From assembly GCF_000018105.1 (NCBI RefSeq), contig NC_009925.1, positions 6,450,001 through 6,482,000 on the forward strand: DNA of 32,000 nt, in the 5' to 3' direction. Shown piece by piece: positions 11,080 through 18,055 of this stretch; position 1 is the first letter of the stretch, and each line of letters starts with the position of its first letter. Position numbers and translations under genes: made by a program. This DNA is from Acaryochloris marina MBIC11017 (GTDB lineage Bacteria; Cyanobacteriota; Cyanobacteriia; Thermosynechococcales; Thermosynechococcaceae). The notes under the pieces were generated by a model, which ran no database searches, was not told the origin of the DNA, and saw only the letters and a list, made by a program, of their open reading frames with translations.

Positions 11080-11134
11080 TATATAGACTTAAATCTACGT
11101 TTATATAGAAATAAGTATATGAATATCTATATAG
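11080..11134. promoter_or_regulatory. Three TATATAG boxes in the AT-rich ndhF3 upstream region (candidate LysR-type CcmR/NdhR operator or promoter)
   Basis: TATATAG occurs at 11080..11086, 11102..11108 and 11128..11134. The last sits inside the perfect palindrome CTATATAG (11127..11134). Spacings are 22 and 26 bp, and the boxes lie 29-83 bp upstream of the ndhF3 GTG. ATAG-N8-CTAC lies at 11083..11098. Confidence 0.35.
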
Positions 11135-11297
11135 TAATTCTGTAACATAACTTCAAAAAAATCAAACATCTTTTTCTGTCGGCTGAGTTTTTCTACTCAA
11201 AGGGCTACTGTCCTCCTTTGGATAGAACAGATCGGATCAATCGAAGTGGAATTGATCTTCAAGAAAATGTTCCTGATAAATAAAAAACGATGCCCCG

Positions 11298-12788
11298 TTA
11301 GACAACTGTTCCAAACTGAGAAGAGATGGGAAGCGTAATCGTAAAGGTAGAGCCCCTACCCGGCTGACTCTCCACGTCAATTTTGCCTCGGTGGGCTTTG
11401 GTAAAGGCTTTAACAATGGCAAGACCTAACCCTGAACCGTCCGACTGACGTTTACCCAATCGAGCAAACCGATCAAATATGCGGAGCTGTTCTTCTAGGG
11501 TCATACCTTCGCCGTTATCTTTGACCCAAAAAATAACCTGGGAAAACGTTTGCTTGCAGCCCAATTCAATCGTGCCAGAGGCTGGAGTATGCTGAGTGGC
11601 ATTCCTCAGTAAATTCAGCAGCGCTCCCGTTAATCGCTGGCGATCGCCCATCATGGAGCTAGAGCAGTTCAACTGCAGTTGCCAGTCTCGATCAGCCAAG
11701 GCTTGTGCTTTGGTAAACAGTTCGTCCATAAACTGGTTTAAATCAATCATTTCGTATTGAAGAAAATCAGGACGCTCTGATTTGGTCAGGGCAATCATGT
11801 CATTGACTAAGCGGCCCATCCGATCCAGTTCATCGAGAACCAGCTCAATGGTTTCCTCCTGTTCCTTGGGGTCATCTCCCATCAGTTCTAGATGGCCGCG
11901 AACAATTGTAATCGGGGTCCGCAGTTCATGACCCGCATCATTCACAAAGCGACGCTGACTGTTAAAGCTGTCTTGCAGTCGATCCATCATGGCATTAAAG
12001 ACTCTGGCTAAATCAGCCAATTCCCCTGAGCCTTCTGTTGATAATCGTTGAGTTAAATCGGATTCGTTGATGGAGCGGGCTGCGATCGCAAGTTCTCGCA
12101 CCGGCTTGAGTAACCGCCCTGTCACAAACCAGGCCAACAGCAGGGAGATTACAACGACGGCTCCCTCAATCAAAACAAAGGTATATACACTAGCTAAAGC
12201 TTCGTTCTGTTCACCAGCCGTAGCATGGGCAAGGACCATCACACCCATCTGCTCACTGTCTACGATGAGTGGTTCAGCTTTATAAATAATGGTGCCAATT
12301 TCAGGTAGATCCGTCGGTTCCTCTCCCCGTTCAAATTGGTTTAAACTCTCCCATTTTTCATAGAGGTTTGACCCTGGACGCATGGGCTTGAGTAACCGAG
12401 GTGGATTCGCGCGGTAAAAGTCTCCACCAATAATAAAAATAAAAAAATTGTCGTCTTCTGGGAGTTGATTGGCTAAGAAATCATCGGCGAACGTCTCCAA
12501 ATCTTCCACAGATTGATTCGGCTGACGTTCCCAGTTCATATAGGATTCATGAAAGATTTCATGCGCTTCAATCAAATCATTTCGCACCCGCAGAGACACC
12601 TGACTGGTAATAAGCGATTTATAGAGCGGTATGGCAAGCCCTGTGAATATCCCCAATAGCGAAATGTACAGCAACAGAATACGCGTCCGAGTTTGACGAA
12701 AGAACCGTCTGATCACTGAGCGCTGTCGCCGCCCCAAAGGGGAACGTTTGGAGTCAATCACGAAAGGTCCTCTTGATGATCGAGCCAT
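11298..12788 (-). CDS. Sensor histidine kinase (2 TM + periplasmic domain + HAMP + HisKA + HATPase_c)
   Basis: 496 aa with an ATG start. TM helices are ILLLYISLLGIFTGLAIPLY and YTFVLIEGAVVVISLLLAWFV. H-box: NDAGHELRTPIT. N-box: LLNLLRNATQHT. G-boxes: VKDNGEGM and GSGLGLAIV. The start codon lies 1 nt after the stop of the upstream porin-like gene. Confidence 0.9.
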   Translation of the reverse strand: MARSSRGPFVIDSKRSPLGRRQRSVIRRFFRQTRTRILLLYISLLGIFTGLAIPLYKSLITSQVSLRVRNDLIEAHEIFHESYMNWERQPNQSVEDLETFADDFLANQLPEDDNFFIFIIGGDFYRANPPRLLKPMRPGSNLYEKWESLNQFERGEEPTDLPEIGTIIYKAEPLIVDSEQMGVMVLAHATAGEQNEALASVYTFVLIEGAVVVISLLLAWFVTGRLLKPVRELAIAARSINESDLTQRLSTEGSGELADLARVFNAMMDRLQDSFNSQRRFVNDAGHELRTPITIVRGHLELMGDDPKEQEETIELVLDELDRMGRLVNDMIALTKSERPDFLQYEMIDLNQFMDELFTKAQALADRDWQLQLNCSSSMMGDRQRLTGALLNLLRNATQHTPASGTIELGCKQTFSQVIFWVKDNGEGMTLEEQLRIFDRFARLGKRQSDGSGLGLAIVKAFTKAHRGKIDVESQPGRGSTFTITLPISSQFGTVV

Positions 12789-12789
12789 T

Positions 12790-14121
12790 TTAAAACCGAA
12801 ACAGGGTGCGTAGGGTCCCCACCACGATGGGGGACCGATTGGGATCAGGAGCCGTAATCACAACTATGCCAGGCGTAAGGGTAATATGCTCATTCAACTG
12901 AACCTGATAAAACACTTCTAGATGCCAGGCAGGCTGAGCATCTGAAGATACGTGAGGCGGGCGGCCGATAATCAGTCCCCCCAAGGTGCGATCGCGGAAT
13001 AAATTCTTATATCCCAGTGTAAAGGCCCAATTGAAGATATCTGCATGGGGCTGGTTCGACAGATCCGTCGCTGTAGCTCGGGTATAGCCCGTCCAACCCG
13101 ATAGGGTCAGTTGTTCACTGATTTTAGCCGTCCCTTGCAGCCCCACGGAATGGGAATTGATCGCATCGCTTTGTTCCAAAAATGGATCGTTGGCCTGCTG
13201 ACTGCCCGTGCCTGTATCCAATCCGTTTAGGCCATAGGTGTAGAGCAATCCGAAGCGAATAGAATCAGCCGGTTCCAGGGTGAGTTGAGCAAAGGCAACG
13301 GATTCTTCATTGGAAAATACATCCTGATTATCCCCGAGATATCCCAAACTGATATTAATGCGATCGTTAAAGTCATGGGACAACCCAATCCCCGTACTTC
13401 CCCCCTGGCGATACAGAGGATTACGCTGACCAAAGCGAGAAATCGCCCCCCGACTACTGCTACTAAAGAGGGGATTTAAGGGATCAGCAATATCGCTAAT
13501 CGACCCCCCAATTGCTTGGACAAAGACTTCTGTATCCTCTCCCACTGGGAATTGGTAATCCAGACGACTCAGGGAAACTTGATATTGATCTGCTCCCTGA
13601 ATCGATAATCGGGCCAGATCTGTGTCAAACACATCATCGAGTTCAACAACGTTGGTCGTTTGTAGCCGCAGGCGGAATTGATCCTCTCCTGAAAAACTGG
13701 TTTCAAGATTGAGACGAATACGACTACCAAAACTAGGTTCGTTGGAATTTTTAGACTCTTGACGATCACCGGCTGCCTGAATCCATGAAAAGACGGCTTC
13801 ACCACTGAATTCAGTGCTAGAAATTGAATCAGTTGACTCATCTGAAACTGGGATTAACGGTTCTTCGTGTAACTCTGGCCCAGAGCTTTCCCTAGGTTCA
13901 AGCTGCCAAACAGGAATAATGGGTTCTTCAAGTCGCTGCGACTCTGGTACACGGACGGAGGATGGGGCTGTTTCCGCGAGGGCACTAGGGGATTTCTGTG
14001 TCACACCACTCACGACTCCTAAGAACCCACTCCACAGCAGTAGTCGAGTCAAGCCAAACACCGAGAATTGGAAAACTGACCCTCCCTCCAACTGGCTGTC
14101 ACCCCTAGGATGCACAGGCAA
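12790..14121 (-). CDS. Putative outer-membrane beta-barrel porin (OprB/carbohydrate-porin-like), no SLH domain
   Basis: It has a signal-peptide-like N-terminus (GLTRLLLWSGFLGVVSG...SALA/ETAP) and an acidic Pro-rich linker with two copies of EEP(I/L)IPV. After that come alternating beta-strand-like segments and a C-terminal aromatic beta-signal (...TLRTLFRF). There is no in-frame ATG. TTG at 14121 overlaps the upstream gene by 17 nt and GTG at 14115 is an alternative, so the start is uncertain. Confidence 0.55.
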   Translation of the reverse strand: MPVHPRGDSQLEGGSVFQFSVFGLTRLLLWSGFLGVVSGVTQKSPSALAETAPSSVRVPESQRLEEPIIPVWQLEPRESSGPELHEEPLIPVSDESTDSISSTEFSGEAVFSWIQAAGDRQESKNSNEPSFGSRIRLNLETSFSGEDQFRLRLQTTNVVELDDVFDTDLARLSIQGADQYQVSLSRLDYQFPVGEDTEVFVQAIGGSISDIADPLNPLFSSSSRGAISRFGQRNPLYRQGGSTGIGLSHDFNDRINISLGYLGDNQDVFSNEESVAFAQLTLEPADSIRFGLLYTYGLNGLDTGTGSQQANDPFLEQSDAINSHSVGLQGTAKISEQLTLSGWTGYTRATATDLSNQPHADIFNWAFTLGYKNLFRDRTLGGLIIGRPPHVSSDAQPAWHLEVFYQVQLNEHITLTPGIVVITAPDPNRSPIVVGTLRTLFRF

Positions 14122-15244
14122 AAGTTCCTTGTTGAATTAGGGCTGGACCGGCAAAATTCATCGCTTGCAGAATGGGTGCGGGCTGAGTTGTTGGGCAGTG
14201 AACGACGCTGACTCGGCCAGCTATCTGTGACAAGTGCAGCACTTGCTCTGCACCCATAATCTGGCTGATCATCTGTTGCAATAGGTGGGACGGTGCGACC
14301 AACACTCCCGTCATCATGCTCTGCCCTGAGAGGTTGCGACGGTTGAGGGTCCTTAGCCACAGGTGATGAAAATCAGAACAATGGGTATGCAATTGAACCG
14401 TTTGGGGGTGTTCGGACAAAATGGCTTTGCTCAGCCTCTCAGCTGTATCCCCTTGACTGACGCTAAAGCTCAGATCTTGAGGGCTCAGTAAAGTCCGCAG
14501 GGATTCCACAGTCTGAAAACGATGCTCTTCACTCGGCACCAGTAACAACCGTAGTCCCTGTTTGCCTGCTTTTAGCTTGGGAAGCGCTTCTCCCAGATGA
14601 CTGGTATCATTCATGGCTTCTAGGTGGGCTGGTTGACCTTGCCCAGGGAAGCGCAATACGCTGATGCCGCAATTGGATTGCTGCAAGGCTTGAAAATGGC
14701 GGCAGGAAAGTCCCAGGGCAGTTCCCATCAGGGCGCGAATCGTCCCCCCATGACTGACGACTAATAGAGTTTGTCCAGAATGCCGCGGTAGAATCTGTTG
14801 CCAAAACTGACGAGCTTGGTCATAGAGATCTTGAACCGGGCGGCGAACCCCTTGAGGCCCAGTCATTTCAAATAGATGGGGATGTTCCATCCAACAGCGG
14901 TAGTTGGCAGCCATCGTTTCCCGTACATATTGGTAGGGAAGTCCTGCCCAACCGGGAAGATCCACTTCTTTAAGATCGGGGTGAGTTTTTATGGGTATTG
15001 AACGGCACAAGGCAGACTGGATCCCTTGAGCCGTTTGCTGGGTTCGCTGCAACGGACTGGTATAAATGGCAGAAAAAGCAGTCACACGAAGGGCTATACC
15101 CGTTTGATGAGCATCTGCAAGCCCCTTCGCGGTTAAGACAGATTCGTCGCTGGCCCCTTGATACCGACCTTTGTCGTTAAATGTGCTCCGACCGTGGCGA
15201 AGGAGTATGACCTGAGTCGGTGCAGGAGTTTGAGTGTTGGTCAT
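14105..15244 (-). CDS. Histidine phosphatase (phosphoglycerate-mutase superfamily) with a degenerate second domain
   Basis: I place the start at ATG 15244 (MTNTQTPAPTQVILLRHGRSTFN...), which removes the overlap with the upstream GT2. The catalytic RHG motif and a downstream SHGG motif lie in residues 1-220 or so. The C-terminal 160 aa or so resemble a second domain, but the RHG position reads LLLVPSEEH. Confidence 0.8.
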   Translation of the reverse strand: MTNTQTPAPTQVILLRHGRSTFNDKGRYQGASDESVLTAKGLADAHQTGIALRVTAFSAIYTSPLQRTQQTAQGIQSALCRSIPIKTHPDLKEVDLPGWAGLPYQYVRETMAANYRCWMEHPHLFEMTGPQGVRRPVQDLYDQARQFWQQILPRHSGQTLLVVSHGGTIRALMGTALGLSCRHFQALQQSNCGISVLRFPGQGQPAHLEAMNDTSHLGEALPKLKAGKQGLRLLLVPSEEHRFQTVESLRTLLSPQDLSFSVSQGDTAERLSKAILSEHPQTVQLHTHCSDFHHLWLRTLNRRNLSGQSMMTGVLVAPSHLLQQMISQIMGAEQVLHLSQIAGRVSVVHCPTTQPAPILQAMNFAGPALIQQGTFACAS

Positions 15245-15263
15245 CTTTTCTAGACCTCCAAGA

Positions 15264-16340
15264 CTAAACCGTTTTGCTAAATTGAGCTTGTCTAAGGCGG
15301 CGGGCATAGCGATTAAACCAGAAGTGATTTAAAGGACGCTCTAAGGCAATCAACCGCTTTTCTAACCAAGCATTGCCTTTGCCCAGGGTTAAGAATCGGA
15401 CAACCGGCTTGATTAAAAGCTCGTGGCGACGACTGCCTAATCCGGCATAGCGTTTCGTAAAGTATTTGTCTTCAGCCAGATTCCACTTTTGGCGTAGATG
15501 GTCCAAACTGGCCCGGTCCCAAGCATCACTCCAGCGCACCATAAAGTAGGGCAGATCCGACCATTTAAAGTCGGGCAGTTTTAATTGCCCAAACCAGGCC
15601 ATCAGTCCAGCTTTGTTAGAGGCCAGCCCCAGTGTATCCGTGGTGACGATCGCCTCCCTTTCACAGTAGATGTGCCCTCCTGCCTGAGTGACCATAAAGC
15701 AGAAGTCGATATGTTCGCGAGTTGCTAACATGCCTTCATCTAGCAAACCGATGGTGGAAAAGATGTCTCTACGAACCAGCATGCAGTGGAACTCTACATA
15801 GTCACACTGGGTTCGTTGGAGTTGATCTGACACATCTGCGATCGCACGTCCGGTCAAATAGGCTGATTGCTTAATCCGTCGACGGGTCTGACCATCCTTT
15901 ACTTCTGTTTTGATATAAGATTTGCCCCCAGCGTTATGAATCACTTGATGGGCCGGGTTGCCAATACATGTCAAGGGACCAACTACTGTGGCATTCGTTT
16001 CTTCCGCACAGTTGACCAACTGGGTTAACCACCCCCGCTTGACGATCACGTCATTCTCAATAAAGACCACATAGTCGCTATCCGTATGATCAAGTACATA
16101 CCGCAATCCCACATTTCGAGCTTGATTGGGGGAAATATAGTGGTCTGTGGTTAAAAGGGAGAACGACTGCTCTTGGGATTTTTCTTGCAAATAGGTTTGT
16201 ACTGAGGCCGGGGAACACACATCCACAAACACTAAGTCGAAGGGATAATCCGTATTGGCATAGATACTTTCTAAAGACGTTTGAGTATAGCTAAACCGCT
16301 CTCTGGGACCTACAACAAGGGTGACTTTAGGTGGTTTCAT
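15264..16340 (-). CDS. Family-2-like (GT-A fold) glycosyltransferase, paralog A
   Basis: I place the start at ATG 16340 (MKPPKVTLVVGPRERF...), which has SD GGAGGAG upstream. It has the GT2 N-terminal pattern (VTLVVG...FVDVCS...SPNQARNVG...VVFIENDV). The DxD position reads END. The C-terminal extension WSDLPYFMVRWSDAW...KRYAGLGSRRH... is shared with the gene at 18052..19227. Confidence 0.8.
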   Translation of the reverse strand: MKPPKVTLVVGPRERFSYTQTSLESIYANTDYPFDLVFVDVCSPASVQTYLQEKSQEQSFSLLTTDHYISPNQARNVGLRYVLDHTDSDYVVFIENDVIVKRGWLTQLVNCAEETNATVVGPLTCIGNPAHQVIHNAGGKSYIKTEVKDGQTRRRIKQSAYLTGRAIADVSDQLQRTQCDYVEFHCMLVRRDIFSTIGLLDEGMLATREHIDFCFMVTQAGGHIYCEREAIVTTDTLGLASNKAGLMAWFGQLKLPDFKWSDLPYFMVRWSDAWDRASLDHLRQKWNLAEDKYFTKRYAGLGSRRHELLIKPVVRFLTLGKGNAWLEKRLIALERPLNHFWFNRYARRLRQAQFSKTV

Positions 16341-16555
16341 AGTCTCCTCCAAGGAGTGATGGCTTATGTAGAGATAAAGCATTCCTTCCCCGAGCAATCC
16401 TCAATTAGCTTTTCTGAGAATCATGCAAATGGCTGGGGACTGGCAGATAGGTTCAGTTGTATGGGGATGAACGGAAAAAGTGAGCGTTATTCAGAACTCG
16501 GGTTGTCCCTTAGGGTCTATTGTTCAATTTGTCTTTCAAGGAAACGTGAAAGCGC

Positions 16556-16583
16556 CATGAGAAAACTTTCATCTTGAGGAGAG
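16556..16583. promoter_or_regulatory. Two 14-bp-phased CATGAGAA-type boxes upstream of GT2 paralog A
   Basis: The sequence is CATGAGAAAACTTTCATCTTGAGGAGAG, with the CAT trinucleotides at 16556 and 16570. It lies about 215 bp upstream of ATG 16340. It carries the same octamer and the same 14-bp phasing as the array at 26313..26382. Confidence 0.4.
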
Positions 16584-16591
16584 CATTGACT

Positions 16592-17536
16592 TTAAGCTGC
16601 AACCGGTAATTTGGTCAGACGAACCAATCGTTCTCGTTCTGCTGAAGATAAGCAAATATTTCCTGTTGCTGCATTTGCTTGGGCTTGTTCAGGTGACTTT
16701 GCACCTGGTATAGCAACGGGCGATACCGGATGAGAAATAACGTATCGCAATGCTGCGGTGACCATCTCTGATCCAGGCTGCAAAGCTGTTTTAAGTTGTT
16801 CAACCTTGGCTAATTTGCGTTCTAGTTTGGCTCGTGTGCGATCGCTGTCATACCATTCCGATCTCACCGTATCTGTAAAGACGGTCTGGGAGGAATATTT
16901 CCCCGAAAGCAGCCCTTTATGCAAAGGACCTCGGGCCAGTACGCCAATGCCATGTGCTTGGCAATAGGGTAGAAACTCTTTCTCTGGATTGCGGCTCAGC
17001 AGGGAATAATCCACTTCCACCACGCTGCAGGTATGGTTGACGTTGAACCGCTTCAGGACATCCAATCGATCCGTGGAAATGCCGTAGGCGCGGATGGTTC
17101 CTTCAGCTTTCAGCCGCTCAAACCCTTCTAAGTAAACGCTTGGGTCCTCAATTTTGCCTTCATGACAGAGCATGACATCGATATAGTCAGTCTTTAATCG
17201 ATGCAGGGAGGCATGGGTGCAAAGCCGTACCATATCAACCGTGGTCATAGGAACCGTCTGACCACTGCGGCGTCCCCATCGTCCAATTTTGGTGACTACA
17301 TGAACTTGGTCCCGAATCCCGTGGAGCGCTTTTCCCAACCGTTCTTCTGATAGTCCAGCTGGAATACCGTAGGATTCAGCGGTATCAAAGATATTGACAC
17401 CATTGTCGAAGGCACTACGGACAGTGGATAAAGCAGTGGCTTCATCAATTTGTCCCCACTGGTTGCCGATGTTCCAAGTGCCCATGCCAATGGCAGAGAC
17501 TTGCAGATTAGTGTTACCTAGTTTTCGATAGAGCAT
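16592..17536 (-). CDS. Aldo/keto reductase family oxidoreductase
   Basis: 314 aa with an ATG start. AKR signature regions are present: GMGTWNIG, FDTAESYG, the HVVTKIG catalytic Lys region, LCHEG, and AIPGAKSPEQ near the C-terminus. Confidence 0.9.
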   Translation of the reverse strand: MLYRKLGNTNLQVSAIGMGTWNIGNQWGQIDEATALSTVRSAFDNGVNIFDTAESYGIPAGLSEERLGKALHGIRDQVHVVTKIGRWGRRSGQTVPMTTVDMVRLCTHASLHRLKTDYIDVMLCHEGKIEDPSVYLEGFERLKAEGTIRAYGISTDRLDVLKRFNVNHTCSVVEVDYSLLSRNPEKEFLPYCQAHGIGVLARGPLHKGLLSGKYSSQTVFTDTVRSEWYDSDRTRAKLERKLAKVEQLKTALQPGSEMVTAALRYVISHPVSPVAIPGAKSPEQAQANAATGNICLSSAERERLVRLTKLPVAA

Positions 17537-17857
17537 ATTCGTTAATCCTTGGATTTGTGAGGTTGAAACTGAAAATGGGTTGCTTGTAAAAAATGCTCAA
17601 GTAGAACTGCAGCAAAGCAATAGTTGTTCGAAATCTTGCAGCCTTCTTATGCTGCATTCAAACCTACTAGTCCCCAATTCTGTGGTGAGAAAACAGGATT
17701 CTGTTAATTCCCTTCTATGATGGGGACCAGTGCAAGAATTGTGTTGAGCCAATCTAGACAGAAGTCGTGGCTTAATTTATTGAATCGATACCCAACCAAA
17801 ATTTATTTAAAGAGGGAATTCACGCCAGTTTTTGTAAACGAGTCAATGGAGCCCCCG

Positions 17858-18055
17858 ATGCAAATTGTTGAAGCTGTATTTGATGGAGAAGTATTTCTTC
17901 CTGATGCTCCCCTAAATCTGCAAGAAGGGGCGCGGGTTCGAATTACAGTTGAATTAATTGAGAAACCTCAGATAAATGAATCTCCTTCGTTTCTTAAAAC
18001 AGCTCAATCTCTGCAATTAGAAGGGCCATCGAACTGGTCCGAACAAATCAATTAA
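17858..18055 (+). CDS. DUF104/AF2212-like antitoxin-family small protein (orphan, no adjacent toxin)
   Basis: I prefer the start at ATG 17858 (MQIVEAVFDGEVFLPDAPLNLQEGARVRITVE...), which is the typical N-terminus of this family (65 aa). The ORF-track start at 17717 adds 47 atypical residues, and ATG 17846 is also possible. Its stop overlaps the convergent GT2 stop by 4 nt. Confidence 0.55.
   Translation: MQIVEAVFDGEVFLPDAPLNLQEGARVRITVELIEKPQINESPSFLKTAQSLQLEGPSNWSEQIN

Noticed and set aside
11235-11257. Hairpin GATCAAT-N9-ATTGATC, and a 4-bp stem plus T6 run at 11285..11302, downstream of the kinase gene as terminators
   Set aside because: The first has no U-tract. The second has only a 4-bp stem that overlaps the stop codon. 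Either may function, but the evidence from sequence alone is weak.
12545-12565. TTCATGAAAGATTTCATG inside the kinase coding region, which resembles the TTTCATGAGAAAG regulatory unit
   Set aside because: It lacks the GAGAA core, has 12-bp rather than 14-bp spacing, and lies within a well-supported ORF. It is probably coincidental.
14049-14360. 103-aa minus-strand ORF overlapping the 3' end of the phosphatase gene and the porin start
   Set aside because: It is out of frame within the well-supported histidine phosphatase CDS and has no features of its own.
17717-17857. N-terminal 47-aa extension of the DUF104-like ORF as given in the ORF track
   Set aside because: The family normally begins right at the M-x-x-(I/V)-E-A-(I/V)-(Y/F) motif, which here starts at ATG 17858. 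The upstream residues are basic and low-complexity and resemble untranslated leader.
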